A stretch of 39,894 nucleotides of DNA from positions 1 to 39,894 of the forward strand of contig ML992541.1 in assembly GCA_010093995.1 (NCBI GenBank), written 5' to 3'. The notes below the pieces were generated by a model that had not been told where the DNA came from, ran no database searches, and was given only the letters and a program-made list of their open reading frames with translations. The translations under genes were made by a program, and so were the position numbers. Origin of the DNA: Elsinoe ampelina. Taxonomy: Eukaryota. Below are positions 9,571 through 21,402 of this stretch, in pieces; the first letter of the stretch is position 1, and each line of letters opens with the position of its first letter.

Positions 9571-10299
9571 GTGCCACAAGGGACATGACTGGGGCTTTCA
9601 ATGCTCGCGTGCAGATCTGGGACCATGTTCGACTTGGAGTGTTGGATGTTGTGTGGGATTAGAGCGAATGGACGCAGAGTCATGCAAGGTCATTGGTTAC
9701 AGATGGGGACGATTAGTATACACCAGATAGATAGCACTGCAATCACATGCCGTTCGCTTGTCTCTCTTCAATTGTAGTCTGATACACAAGCGACTGCTGC
9801 CATGTCGTCGGTACGAGCCGAAGTAAGCAGCGTAAAACGAGGGCAATTACAGGTTGTAGCGTATGCTTGTACTAGTGCTGGTCAAGTCAACAAAATGCGC
9901 TCACCGCTGGCTCGGCTTGCCTGTACTGCCCTTTATAGCAAAGGAATGAGGAGGAAACGAGGTGAAGTAAGTGAGGAGCTGAAGGAGTCGTAGAAGGGAA
10001 AGAGGAAGCGAACCCCTTAGAACGGCAAGAATTGTCGAACTGCTCCAGCTTGTGGTAGAAATGTTCAAATACTACCACTTTAACTAGCGAATATCAAAGT
10101 CTGTCATTCGTGCCTAAATCAAATGCTAGGGTCTGGTAGTAGCTGAGATGCTAGAAGAGGATAAAGTACAGATATTCAGCGAAGTATTTAGCGGGTAAGG
10201 AAGAGGAAATGAAAGAGCAAGGTATAAATTATTTGTATAGAGCCGTCTACATACCTCAGGCTAGACGCCTGAGTCCATCTCAGACGCGGATGCACCGAC

Positions 10300-11460
10300 A
10301 TGCACTTCACAACAATCACAACGCCAGACCCCGTTCCACCAGCCTTCAACATAGGCCACAACCTCTTGCACACCTCCCTTGCGCGCCGACCCTCACGCTC
10401 ACCTATCCGCCAACCCAATCTCACAGCCCATGACCACCCCAGCGCGTCCCCCTCATCCGACATAGACGACTCCCTCACCCACCTCCCTCCCCGCGCCAAC
10501 ATGGACCCCAACCCCTCCCGCCGCCGCACCATGCGCACTCATCAGACCCGTACCCGACCCGCGCCTGGTCCCACAGCTCCCACCGCCCTCTACCCAGACC
10601 GACACTCGCCTCGTCCCCGCACCAACACGGCCTCGACAACATCCACCTCAGCCTCCACCCTACCAGCCCCCTTCCCTGCCCCATCCCGCAAACCCCGCGG
10701 CCCAGCTCAAACCTCCCAAAGCGACCCCTTCGCCCCCACTGGGCCCCACAGCCCACCACCCTCCCACGCCTCCGACCCCTTCGCACCCACCCACCTCCTC
10801 CCCTTCCCAGAACCCCAAACAGAAGAAGAACCAGTCTTCCTCTCCCCCCACCCGGGCCCCAGTCCATTCTCCACCTCCCACACCCTCAACCCCTCCCTCC
10901 ACGCCCTCAACCCCTCCCACCACCACTCAGTCCACCCCTCCCACGCGGCCCCCTCTTTCGCCCTACCCGGCCCCGGCCCCGGCCCCGGTCCCGGCCCGAC
11001 GAGCTCGCGCGCCAGAAAAGATCGGGGCGGGAAAAAGCCGACGTTCGTGACGCCGATACCGCCTTTGATCTACCTCGACGACGAAGGAGAAGAAGGAGGA
11101 GGAGGAGGAGGAGGAGGGGAAGAAGACGAGGAACCGCGGGAGAGGGAAGGGAGGGAGGTGGATAGACGGTTGTTGAGGGGGTGGAGGGAGGTGTTGTTTT
11201 CTTCTTCTCCTGGGAATGCGTTGTCGGGGTCGAGGGGGTCAGCTGGTGGAGGAGGGGGAGGGGGGAGAGCATCAACGGGAGCGAAAGGTAGCGGAGGCAA
11301 GGGGAGGAGGAAAGGATACAGGGATGGGGAAGGCATGGATGAGGAGGAGATGAGGGCTGGTGCGGAGGAGATCATGGCTAGGATGAGGGAGGTGGTGGAT
11401 GAGAGGATCAGGGGGGAGAGGTGGCGGTGGGAAGGGGGTGGGGAGGTGGAGGTTTTGTAG
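10300..11460 (+). CDS. Hypothetical low-complexity protein (Pro/Ser/His-rich N-half, Gly/Glu/Arg-rich C-half)
   Basis: 386-aa ORF with a TATAAAT at about 10223. Short ordered-looking blocks (AFNIGHNLLHTSL; EEIMARMREVVDERIRGERWRW) sit within low-complexity sequence. Confidence 0.65.
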   Translation: MHFTTITTPDPVPPAFNIGHNLLHTSLARRPSRSPIRQPNLTAHDHPSASPSSDIDDSLTHLPPRANMDPNPSRRRTMRTHQTRTRPAPGPTAPTALYPDRHSPRPRTNTASTTSTSASTLPAPFPAPSRKPRGPAQTSQSDPFAPTGPHSPPPSHASDPFAPTHLLPFPEPQTEEEPVFLSPHPGPSPFSTSHTLNPSLHALNPSHHHSVHPSHAAPSFALPGPGPGPGPGPTSSRARKDRGGKKPTFVTPIPPLIYLDDEGEEGGGGGGGGEEDEEPREREGREVDRRLLRGWREVLFSSSPGNALSGSRGSAGGGGGGGRASTGAKGSGGKGRRKGYRDGEGMDEEEMRAGAEEIMARMREVVDERIRGERWRWEGGGEVEVL

Positions 11461-12185
11461 GAGATGGGGAGGGGCACGGGGATGAGGGAGGGAAGAAACC
11501 ATGGGTAATGCATAACGGGAGGGGGATAAGGGGAGGAGGGCATAGCAGGGAGACTTGAAGTATGCGTCAAGCGAAGACCATGGTGTGTGATACAAGACCA
11601 CATGCGACAGGGATCACGTTGGACATCCGAAAGCTTCACACCAGTGTGGGACGCCGGTGGGTTTCGTTGGTTCTCGACAGGAGGCTATCATCATCAGCGA
11701 AGGCGTTCATGTGGGAGTCCAATCACGACATTGTACGACGATAGCAGGAAAACTTGAGGGGCTGTGTCTGCGGTATCAAAGACAGATGCCTCCGTGACTT
11801 GGCACAGAAACACGGGTATGAAATCACAGTACGTGACAAGAGGCTTATGGTGCACATCTTCAAGCAGCGTTCAAGAGTCCGTGAGCATCAACCGATTGCT
11901 CAAGACACGATACGTCGAATTTCCCAGCACGAATCAGAAACCCAACGTTGCCACCGAGTGGCTCTAACATGTTTTCATATCTGCGCTCTCAGCGCGTGCA
12001 GGTCGTGTCTGTCTGTTTTACATGCTCCGTGGCACCATCCCCAGCAAAAACGTTCCCTCGTTTTTCGAATTTTCGATCTTCTCCCACATCACGCCCGGCC
12101 AGCAATCCTCTCCTCACACAATCTTCTCTTCCACCCACCTTTCTCCCCTCCACTTCCGCTCCAGGAGCCCACACAGGCAATGACT

Positions 12186-15100
12186 CTAATCACTCAACTC
12201 AAAAGCATCCTCCACCGTCTGCCCCGTCCCGCCCTTGATGAGCCCACTCTCCTGCATCTGCCCGGGCGTGAGACCGCGCGAAGCATACCCACTGTTCCAG
12301 CCGGAACTGTCGTCTTCTTCTTCTTCTTCGTCGTCGTCGTCGTAGCCATCTACCTCGTCTTCTTCATCGTAGCCCTCTTCCTCTTCTTCATCCATGTCTT
12401 CGTCTTCGGCTGATGCGTAGCTCCCGCGATCTTCTCCCGATCCTTCTTCCGATTCTTCTTCTTCTCCTTCATCCCGGGCAGGAGGGGAGCGTGCGGCCGA
12501 AACTGAGGCGGAGGCCGAGACTTGTTCGTCTTCTGCGCCGGAGATGTAGCCGGTGGCGTCCCCTTCCGAGCGCGCGTCTTCTGCACCGGAGAGGTGGCCG
12601 TTTGGTCGGCGCCGGTGGTCGTCTCCATCTTGACCTTCGATAGTGGAGTCGCCTTCCTCATCCCCCTCGATGGAGCGGCTTGCCTGACGAGAAAGGCGAT
12701 TTTCAGAAGCAGACGCCGCGTCTCGCAAACGCAGATTACCATCGGCATCGTCTCCTTCGATTTCCCCATCGGCGTCTGACCCGTCGACATCACCATCCGC
12801 AACCTCAAGGGCGCGCCTCGCCATGTCCCTGCCTGCATCACCGCCTTTTCTCTGCACAGATCTGTCATCCTCGCCCACTTCACCAACCAACTCGTCGTCC
12901 CTTCCATCCCGCCCCTTCTCTTCGCCTTCCTCACCATTTTCTTCCCCACACTCCTCCTCCTCAACAGCAGGCATCTCCCCAACCCCCTGGACCCCCCTCC
13001 CCCCTCGCAGACTCCTCGCCGGACTCGGACTCACGAACCCATTCCTACTCCCCGGCCTCGAACTCCCCACGCTCCCCTCCCGCGCCGCCGCTGCACTCGT
13101 CGTGACGCTCGGCGTCGGCGGCGCAGATAGGTCGCGGGACTTACTCCTCGTGCGAGGGGGCTGGTAGACTTGCAACGCAGGCGGGGCGGGGCGGTGTTTC
13201 TTCCCTTTCGGTGTGGCAGTTTGTGAAGGTGGAGCCGGGGAGGAAGCGTCTGCGGGGTTGGAAGTGTCGTCGGCTTCGATTGGTGCTGCGGCTGAGGAGA
13301 AGGATGTGGGTTCGAGGGCGGTGGGTTGGGCGTCGGGGATGTCGGAGTCGGGGGAGCGGGCGAGGACGTCTTGGATTAGACCGTTGGGGATGAAAGTGTC
13401 GTCGTCGGGTTGACGGAGGATTGATGTTTCGTCTTCGCGTTCGGTGGCGGAGCCGTTGTCGGATTCGGACTGATCATCGTTGGCGTGATGAGAAGGTGAG
13501 GTGACGGCGGGAGAGTGACCGCGGTCGGAGGAGGCGGATGCAAGAGCTGCAAATGGGTTCTTACTGATGAGGGACGTGTGGGAGCGGATCTCAGACATCT
13601 CGGGCTTGCGATTGAGTTGGGTTTCCTTGACGACCTCCTCAGTTGTCTCCTCGATGGTGGTATTCTCGTTGGCAGGCTGATCATCAAGAAGCGAAGGATC
13701 AATTTGTGACTCTTGATGTTGCACTGTGTGTTCGTATCCGAATCCATTAGTAGTGATACCCTCCATACTTTGGTTCGCAAATCCTTGGTCATGCATCAGA
13801 TCGTTCTCGACCGACTCATGTTGAAATGGATTTGGGTTGATAGAACTATCCAGTGCGACAGCGGCCTTTGCTGCATCGTTGATGAACTGGTTCTGTTCAT
13901 GGTCTGGATCCATGAGATCTGAAAGGAAGGCATTATGCTCAACAGAAGTGTCCATCGCCTCATCCTGGTTAGATGCTTGAAGATTGGGGTACATCGCAAA
14001 GCTATTCTGTCCGCTGGTCTGGGTGTCATTGCCCAGGTGAAGGTAAGGTGAATCCGAGATGGTCTGTGTGTCCATTTCGCCAAAGTTATTCACTGGCTGC
14101 TCATCCATCGGCCCGGACGGTGCATTGAAAGGATGGAAAGAGGATGATGCCGCTTCGTGACCGGCAGGGTCCGTCGCTGGCGAGTTGAGTGCCCTGAAGG
14201 ACGATCCCGAGGTACCAAAGCCACTCGATTGCGGTGGCTGATATTGTCCAAAACCACTTGTCTGCGACGGCTGGTACTGACCGAAGCCGAACCGAATACT
14301 AGGGGGCTGGGGTGGTGGCTGATAAGCTGGAATCTCGACATGTTGTGTTGGCGGCCGTGAAGCTGCTTGCAGTTGCTGTGGCGATTTTGGTGACTGCGGG
14401 TCGGGAGCAACATCTTCTTGCTGGTGCTCTTGTTGCTGTTCCGATTGCTGTTCCTGCTGCTGGGTCCCCGGTACCTCATCGAGCACCGTATCCCTGCTCG
14501 GCGATCGTGCTGAAGGCGCTCTCGACATCTCTTGAGGCTGAGACATTTCCACATCCTCTCCCTCGGGCTGATCCAGCACAGGAGCAGACTTATCCCTAGC
14601 ACCCATCGCACTACCAGGACGAGTCTCCACAGAGCCATCAGCCGGCTTCAGACTCTGCTCCCGCGCACTGGTGATGCTACCCGCTCTAGACCTTCTCTCC
14701 AGATTCTCTTTGGCCTTTTCAATAGCCAGCCCGTACTTCTCCCTCGGGACAAATCTACTTTCCCGAAAGCGATAGGCGGGCACGTCAGGCCTCATCACGG
14801 ACTGCGCTAGATTCTGCTCCGCCCTTTCGGCGGCACGGAAACGAGCGTGCTGGACACTTCGGACAGGAGTCTGCTCTTGCGAGACGACGCTCATGGTATC
14901 TTGGGGGCGAGCTTCGCCTCGATGAGATCTGGTGGAGTCGCGGAAAGCTTGTCTTGCTGCTCGTGCCCGGGCGAGGATGTCGTCTTCTCCAGCTTCGACG
15001 TGTGACATCCGTCTGGAAGCGACCGTGCTTGCACCTGGACTGAGCTCTAGCACGGACGACTGCGTCGCATTGCTGCTGCTTCTCAGCCTAGAAGGAGGCC

Positions 15101-18100
15101 GCATGGTGTCTTGCGGAGGGGTCCTTGACTTTTTCGGCGGCGGTGAAGCATCTTCCAGATCAGCTTCGTCGTCCTCTCTAGCACGCTTTTTAAGGTTGAG
15201 TGGAGGCGGACCCATGGGTGTCGAGACAGTAGAGCCATTCGGGTTCAAGCCGAGTGCTTTCATGCGAAAGTAGGCTGATCGGGAGCTCTGGCGTGGAGTG
15301 TCGCCACCGAGTATGGATCGTTGCTTTGGCACGCTGAATCCGAGAAAGTGAGACTTGCGAGCGGATGACTCGATTGACGAAGCTGGCGTAGACGGCTTGA
15401 TGACTCGACCTGACCCATCGATGCGAAAAGCCTTGGGATCTTTCCCGTTGACCATCGTTGATGCTCGACTAGCTCGGTTTGGAGCAGATGCAGCTGTGTC
15501 AGTCCCAATGGTCGGCTGTGAAGCCGCGGACAATCTCCTACTTGTCGCCGCGAAACTCGGTGGTGGCGATCTACCTTTCGTGGAATCTTCCTGCACTCGA
15601 ACGGATTGTCGTTTGAGAAAGTCATCCACTGCGTCAATTTCGACCTTCCTTCTCTTCGCCTCATCGGCGATTGGACGGTCACGCCTTGCTGTTCTCCTCT
15701 TTTCTCTCTTCTCACGTCCTTGTCTAGCCAGTCGCAGTCGCCAGGTAGTCTCTCTCCACCTCCTGCCGTACCGCTTCGCTAGCTTCTCTCTGCGGAAATT
15801 GTCTGCGAGGCTCCTCATCTCCTCAGCGTATAGTTGCGCGTAGACGCTCATGATGATGGGCTCAGCGTGGTGCTCGATGAATTGCTTGATCAGACCGTGT
15901 CCAGGATCTGTGACGATCTCGGTGGCCAGTCTTGTCAAAATAGCTTGTGAATCACCATGCTTGGACGCGGGTGTGCTGCTGGGGGCCGCTTTGAAAGATG
16001 GTTGCGAAGCCGATGAGAAGTTTGCTCGCTTCGGAGGCGTGACAAAGTTGATAGAAGGCGTTGAAGATTTAGCAGACTGATCTTCCGCGGTGAAAGATTG
16101 CGACAATGGGCTCCTCTTCTTTGGCTGGTTTGGATTCGAGAAGCTTGGAGATCTCGGTATTGGAGGAGGGGATTTCTGCTGCTGAGCGGGCGGTTGTGCT
16201 TGTGGCTGTGAGAATGGCGATGATGATGGTGACGGTGCAGGCTTTGATTGGGGCGGAGGGTTCTGTGCTTGTTGATTGGTTGGAGCAAACGAGGAGGGTT
16301 TGCCAGGAGGAGTGTTGCTCGATGTTGCGTTCCACGACTCGAAGACAGATTTCGAGGACTGCTCTTGGCTTTGAGCTGATGGCCGTGGGGTTTCTTGTGG
16401 CGGGGGCGCAGCTTGAGGTGTGAAGCTGAATAAAGGTGCGTTTGATTTTGGTTCTTCTGCTTGTGAAGTTGGGAAGCTGAATGTGGGCTTGGAAGTTTCT
16501 CGAGCTTGACTTGAGGTTTGAGCAAATTTGAAGCCACTAGTCCCGGCAGGCTTGTCGGCAGAAGTGAAGGGTGAAGATTGTCCGATCGATTTCGATTTAT
16601 CCTCGTTGCCAGCGGACGCAAACCCGAAGGTCGTCTTTGGGTTCTCTTCTGCAGATTTGGCGGAATGTTGGGTTGCAGGCTTTGCGAAGTTGAAAGTGGG
16701 AAGTGCTTTCTGCTGACCCGAGGTGGCATCTGGCTGTGAAGATTGCGCGAATGAGAACACTGACGCTGGCTGCGGAGGCGGTTTCGAGAAGACGGATTCT
16801 GTCGAAGTAGCCGGTGTCTTTGAAAAGACAGACTCGGTCGGATCTGAAGGCGTAGTTGACGACTGATTCGTGTTCTCCATGTTCGTAGATGCAGCAGATA
16901 TTGGCGTCGACCAAGTCGATGCCGACGGTTTGCTCCACGAGAAGCCGCTCGTCGCATGCATACTTGTGAGTCCTGACTGGGAAGCAGGCTTTGGCGTTTG
17001 CTGCGTGGCTTGCTGACTTTCCTGTGCAGATGCCGCCGGCTGCGTTGGCTGACCGAAGACAGATGCGTTCTTCGCATTGCCAGCTGCCGGACCAGCCGCG
17101 ACAGGGGTCGACCATGAAGACGAAGTCGACGGCTTCCCAAAAGCAAATGGACTTGATGTTCCCCCAGGTCTCGCGAACACGCTGTCTTGCAGTCCAGACT
17201 TCTTGGTCGCAAAAGGAGAGCCAGGAGGTGTCGCAGCTCCATCGTTCTGCGGTGGTTTGGAGAATGGATTGGCCGAATTTGCTGTGCCATGAAACGGATT
17301 CGCAGAGCTAGCCTGTGTCGATTGGAAAGGGGTCGCAGCCGGAGTCGTCGTCGTCTTCTGAAAAGGATTCGTAGACGGTGTCCCCGCTGCCGTCTGGAAC
17401 GGGTTCGACGTTCCATTCGTACCACCTATCGAGAATCTCGACCCCTGCACCTGTTGCCTCGTCATCTCCATCGGCACAAACAACGACTCCTCATCATCTT
17501 CCATCTGCATATCCCCTTCTTCCTCCACAACCTGGCCCTCCGCCCTCGCCATCCCAAAATTCTTCCCCCCAATAACCGCCGAAAAACTCCTCCCCAACCT
17601 CTTATTCTCCACCACACTCTGGGAAAAAATCTGCGCGCTCAGCCCTTGAGCAGCATCAGGAAACGTCTTCCCCTGCACCGAGTTGAGATCGAGATACTCA
17701 TCCTGACCGTCCGGCGTCTCCTTAAAGCCGAAACTGTAGTGCTCGCAGAAGTCGCGGGTCTGGTCAAAGTCATCGAATCGTAAGAGGTCAGTGAGGTAGT
17801 CGAGGGAAAAGTCGGTGATGTCGGCGCTGTTGCCTTGGCGGCGGAAGGAGCGCCAGATGGCGTTGAGAGTTTGTTTGCGGATCATGTTGAAGTAGATCTC
17901 CGCCACGCAGGCCATGAGGTAGGAGACTTGGTTGGATTCGACTTTTTTGAAGAAGGCGTTCCAGTCTTCGCGGGCGATTGGGTGGGCTTCTCGTGGCTTG
18001 AGCGGACCTTGAGGGTCCAGGATGTTGCAAGCTGCGGCGTATAGATCTAGCGATGTCCTGACACGAGGATGCGTCTTGATATGTTGGGGGTAGCAGCTCA

Positions 18101-19157
18101 CTCGATCCTCCAGATCCGGTATTGGGTCCTGGATCTGAAAGATGATGCAGTACGCCCTGAACTCAGCCTCATTCTTGATGTTTACGCGATCCCTGTTGTC
18201 CTCATAGTACTGCATCAATGACAACAGTGTCCGATCCAGCTGCTCCCGCTCTTGATACCAATCATACTTGTCATACGGCTTCTCCTGCACCGCAAACTGA
18301 TGCAGCGACAGGATGTGAAACCTTGCTATCCTTTCATAACACTCGATCGCAATCTCAACATCCGCCGGCTTCGTGATCTGCTGTATCGAAAAGTCGTTCC
18401 GTATCGCCCTCGTCCGGTCCCAGACAAAATGATGCACCGACGCCAGCGATTCCGCATTTCCGATGAGCTCGTCGAAGAGGTAGTCGCACGTCTTCCTGAG
18501 TGTCTGAGGCGGTCGTAAATCCGAAGGTAATTGCTCATCAATCCCCGCTGCTGCTCGCCGGAACTTCTTCACCATGCGAGCCTCGTCTGGCGTCCCATCT
18601 TCGCGCTACTACACATCAGCATCCCCACCCCTTTGCAGATATCCGCCAAGAGAAACCTACCGTCTCTTGCCCCCACACGTCCTTCTGCACTATCCTCTCC
18701 AGCCTCTCAAACTCCGCACACATATCCGGACAAGTCCCCGTCGGAGTTATCGCCTCAGCCAGCGTCCGCGGCCGATCCGGGTCCGCGAGGAAGCCATCTC
18801 TAATCGCGTCCTTGCGCTCCGTCTCGCGCCTCGTTTTGAGCTGTTCTCGTCAGCCCTGCCGTTCTTCCCTCTATCCCTCCCCGTCTGATGTCCAGACCGA
18901 CATACCTGCTGGAAACGAGAATTGTAATCCCCAGTCGTGGGTGCCTGGACTTGCGTCTGTGATTGTGGTTGTCCTTGGCCCCGCCCTCCTCGTCCCCGGA
19001 CTCCCCTTGTCATTGCGCCTCTAGTTGTGCCTCGCGTAGCAGTGCCTTGTCCGCGCCCTCGTTGGAAGCCTGGCCGTGGCTGTCGCCCAATTGCTGGGCC
19101 TGAGGGCGCACTGAAGCCGCGCGCGCTGCCCCGTCCGCCGCCTCGCAGCGACGACAT
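12186..19157 (-). CDS. SAC3: SAC3/GANP-family TREX-2 mRNA export scaffold; 3 exons (19157-18906, 18840-18661, 18605-12186), ~2283 aa
   Basis: Spliced product contains GTCPDMCAEFERLER, MVKKFRRAAAG...PSDLRPP, HHFVWDRTRAIRNDFSIQ, ERIARFHILSLH and NEAEFRAY. Introns 18905-18841 (GTATGT..GCTGAC..CAG) and 18660-18606 (GTAGGT..GCTGAT..TAG) keep the frame. An FG/FxF-rich region, a basic helical CID-like segment and an acidic tail follow. Confidence 0.93.
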
Positions 19158-19929
19158 GGCTGTCGGTCGCGCTGTGTGGAGAAGTGATGCGCATTCGTGT
19201 TATCGCGTGAACAGGGATTGGAGCATTGTTATGCGTTGAAGAGAATGTGGTGGTAAGCAGCGGTGAGTAGTGTTGAGTGTGGGCGTAATGTTCGCTCTGT
19301 CGCATCCGGTGAATCGGCCGACGTCTTTGTGGATTGAAGCTTGCTCCCGTCTGCTTGCGCGGAGGAGGAGATGTCACTTTTTTGCGCACGGGCCACCTTT
19401 GGTGAGGCCGCATTTGACGCTTCGAAGAGGTCCTTCAAGGTAACATATACATCGCAACATCTCATCCATTACAGACAAACCACATGGACGACGAGGTAGA
19501 CGACATTGATGATCGGTCAGTGTCACGTCTATGAACGAGACGCGAGACATCTTATAAGCAGGACTCTAACCATTCAAAGACCTATATATCTACCACCGCT
19601 ATACCGAAATGTGAAGAGAAAGCTCATCAGCTGCCGCCACGCTATGCAAATTCAAGCAGGCTGTGCCTCCCATTGATGATCCTTTTCTTCTGATGGGCCT
19701 CTGCGAGCTCCAGTGATGCCATGTCAAGTCGTAAACATTACCGAGACGTCATCGTTATCATTACCGCCGAGAATAATCATTGCTATCAAGGCAGCAGACT
19801 GTAAAAGCAGGCGCTAAATCGAGATGCGTCGCGTCCGGTGGTATCCGGTGCGAGCGATGAAATGATCGAGTACGCTAAATCGAGACGGGAACATAGCCGG
19901 GTGTTGCTATGCTGAAAGAGATATGTGCT

Positions 19930-19943
19930 GAGAGAGAGAGAGA
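19930..19943. repeat. (GA)7 microsatellite
   Basis: gagagagagagaga read directly. Confidence 0.8.
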
Positions 19944-19996
19944 ACGACGCTGAAGGCAAGGCGCAGAGACGGGATGAGAGTCTGTCGTTTGGTAGG

Positions 19997-21402
19997 TCAT
20001 GGTCCGAAAGAGTCGTGTTGTGTGTTTCGAGGCTCGTCCTGATAGTTCCCTTGGTAGTTCATGGTGCTGGTGAACCATGAGTTGATGAGTCGTTGATCGC
20101 TCAGACCGTATGACTCAGTCCACTCTGGGATATAAGTCGTTGCAGGAGTTGCATAGTCCGAGCCAGTGAGCAGAAGCTGCATCGAGTCGGTGTTCCATGT
20201 CGTGGCGGGGCCTGTTGAGTCGCTGACGGAATTGCTCCCAACAGTTGTTTCCAGGTCGATGACTGGAGGCTGAGAAAAGTCGAAGTCGTCAGACATGGTA
20301 TCCTGGGAAGTGCTTGTGGAGGCGATGGAGGCTACAGAGGAGCGTCTGGTGTCCATGGCCGTGAGGGATACTGGAGAATGTGGGGGACAGCCGATCCGCT
20401 GCGGGTGGTGACTTGTGATTGGGGGCGTATGCTCCCAGGGAGCGAGAAAAATTGCGGTGTCGCCCTTTACGTAAGTCTCCATGTGACCAGTGACGTGGCG
20501 AGAGAACGTGAACAAAGTGTCACCACCTGCAGACGTATCAGAACGATTGGCCAGGGACTTTTGGGAAACCTGCTCACCTTCTCCTTTGGTAATGTACCGA
20601 TATTCAGCCAAGAGTACCTTCCTGAGCTTCATCACACTCTCTTCTTCCTTCTTACGATCCTTGGTGGTACCTTCACCAGTATCCACTGTGCTGTCTATGT
20701 GGACATGGCGTTCAATCCAGCTTTGCCAGGTCCCACGTGATGGAGAGGTCTCGTGGATGACTTCATTGTACGACTCATACTGTGCTTCAGACCAATACAT
20801 GCGAAGTAGGTATAGAGCCAGGCGAACGGTCTCTGTGATCAATTAGCGACGATTCTTGCGGTCCATTCGTTGATGGGACACGAACCTGGCTTGTGGAGGT
20901 GATGAGGACCATTCCATCTGACAACATCGGTAGGCCACCATTCCGGGACAGCGTGGCCGACTCCCGGTTTGTCCTTACTGGGGTAAGGGTACCGACTCCG
21001 CTTCTTGGGACAGATGGTGTCGACGAGGTTGCTTACGATCTTACAACGGCGTGTGATCTTGAGAAGTAGAATAACAAGACACTCAAGGCGGCTGTGCTCA
21101 TCGTCTATGCGGAATGTGACCTCGACAGGGGGGTGTAGCCGCTTCTCACCACGATGACCACCACGACATCGAGTCCTGGTAGACGAAGAACCAGATGAGT
21201 TTGACATGGAGTCTGCGGACCTTCCGCGGCCTCGCCTGGGAAATGGTCTGGCGGTCACCTCGGCGGAGGAGCTTGATGATACAGTCGGCGTTGGAGTGGA
21301 TGCTGATTCAGTCTCTGCACTGATCGTCGAAGAAACGGAGGAGCTGGTGGTGAGTGAGGCTGTACTTGTGTTAGCCAATGATCCAGGACCCGGGATACGC
21401 AT
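19997..21402 (-). CDS. DUF2841 / YDR124W-like helical-domain protein; 2 exons (21402-20886, 20832-19997), start uncertain
   Basis: CKIVSNLVDTICPKKRSRYPY...PEWWPTDVVRWNGPHHLHKP|ETVRLALYLLR resembles my recollection of the family pattern (PxKxxxYPY, PxWWP, PxHLxKxE). A 53-nt intron at 20885-20833 (GTTCGT..GCTAAT..CAG) joins the two ORFs in frame. The start is taken as the first ATG after an in-frame upstream stop. Confidence 0.72.

Noticed and set aside
15935..17425. 496-aa alternative-frame ORF inside SAC3
   Set aside because: Arg/Leu/His-rich shadow of a Ser/Pro/Ala-rich frame with no recognisable motif.
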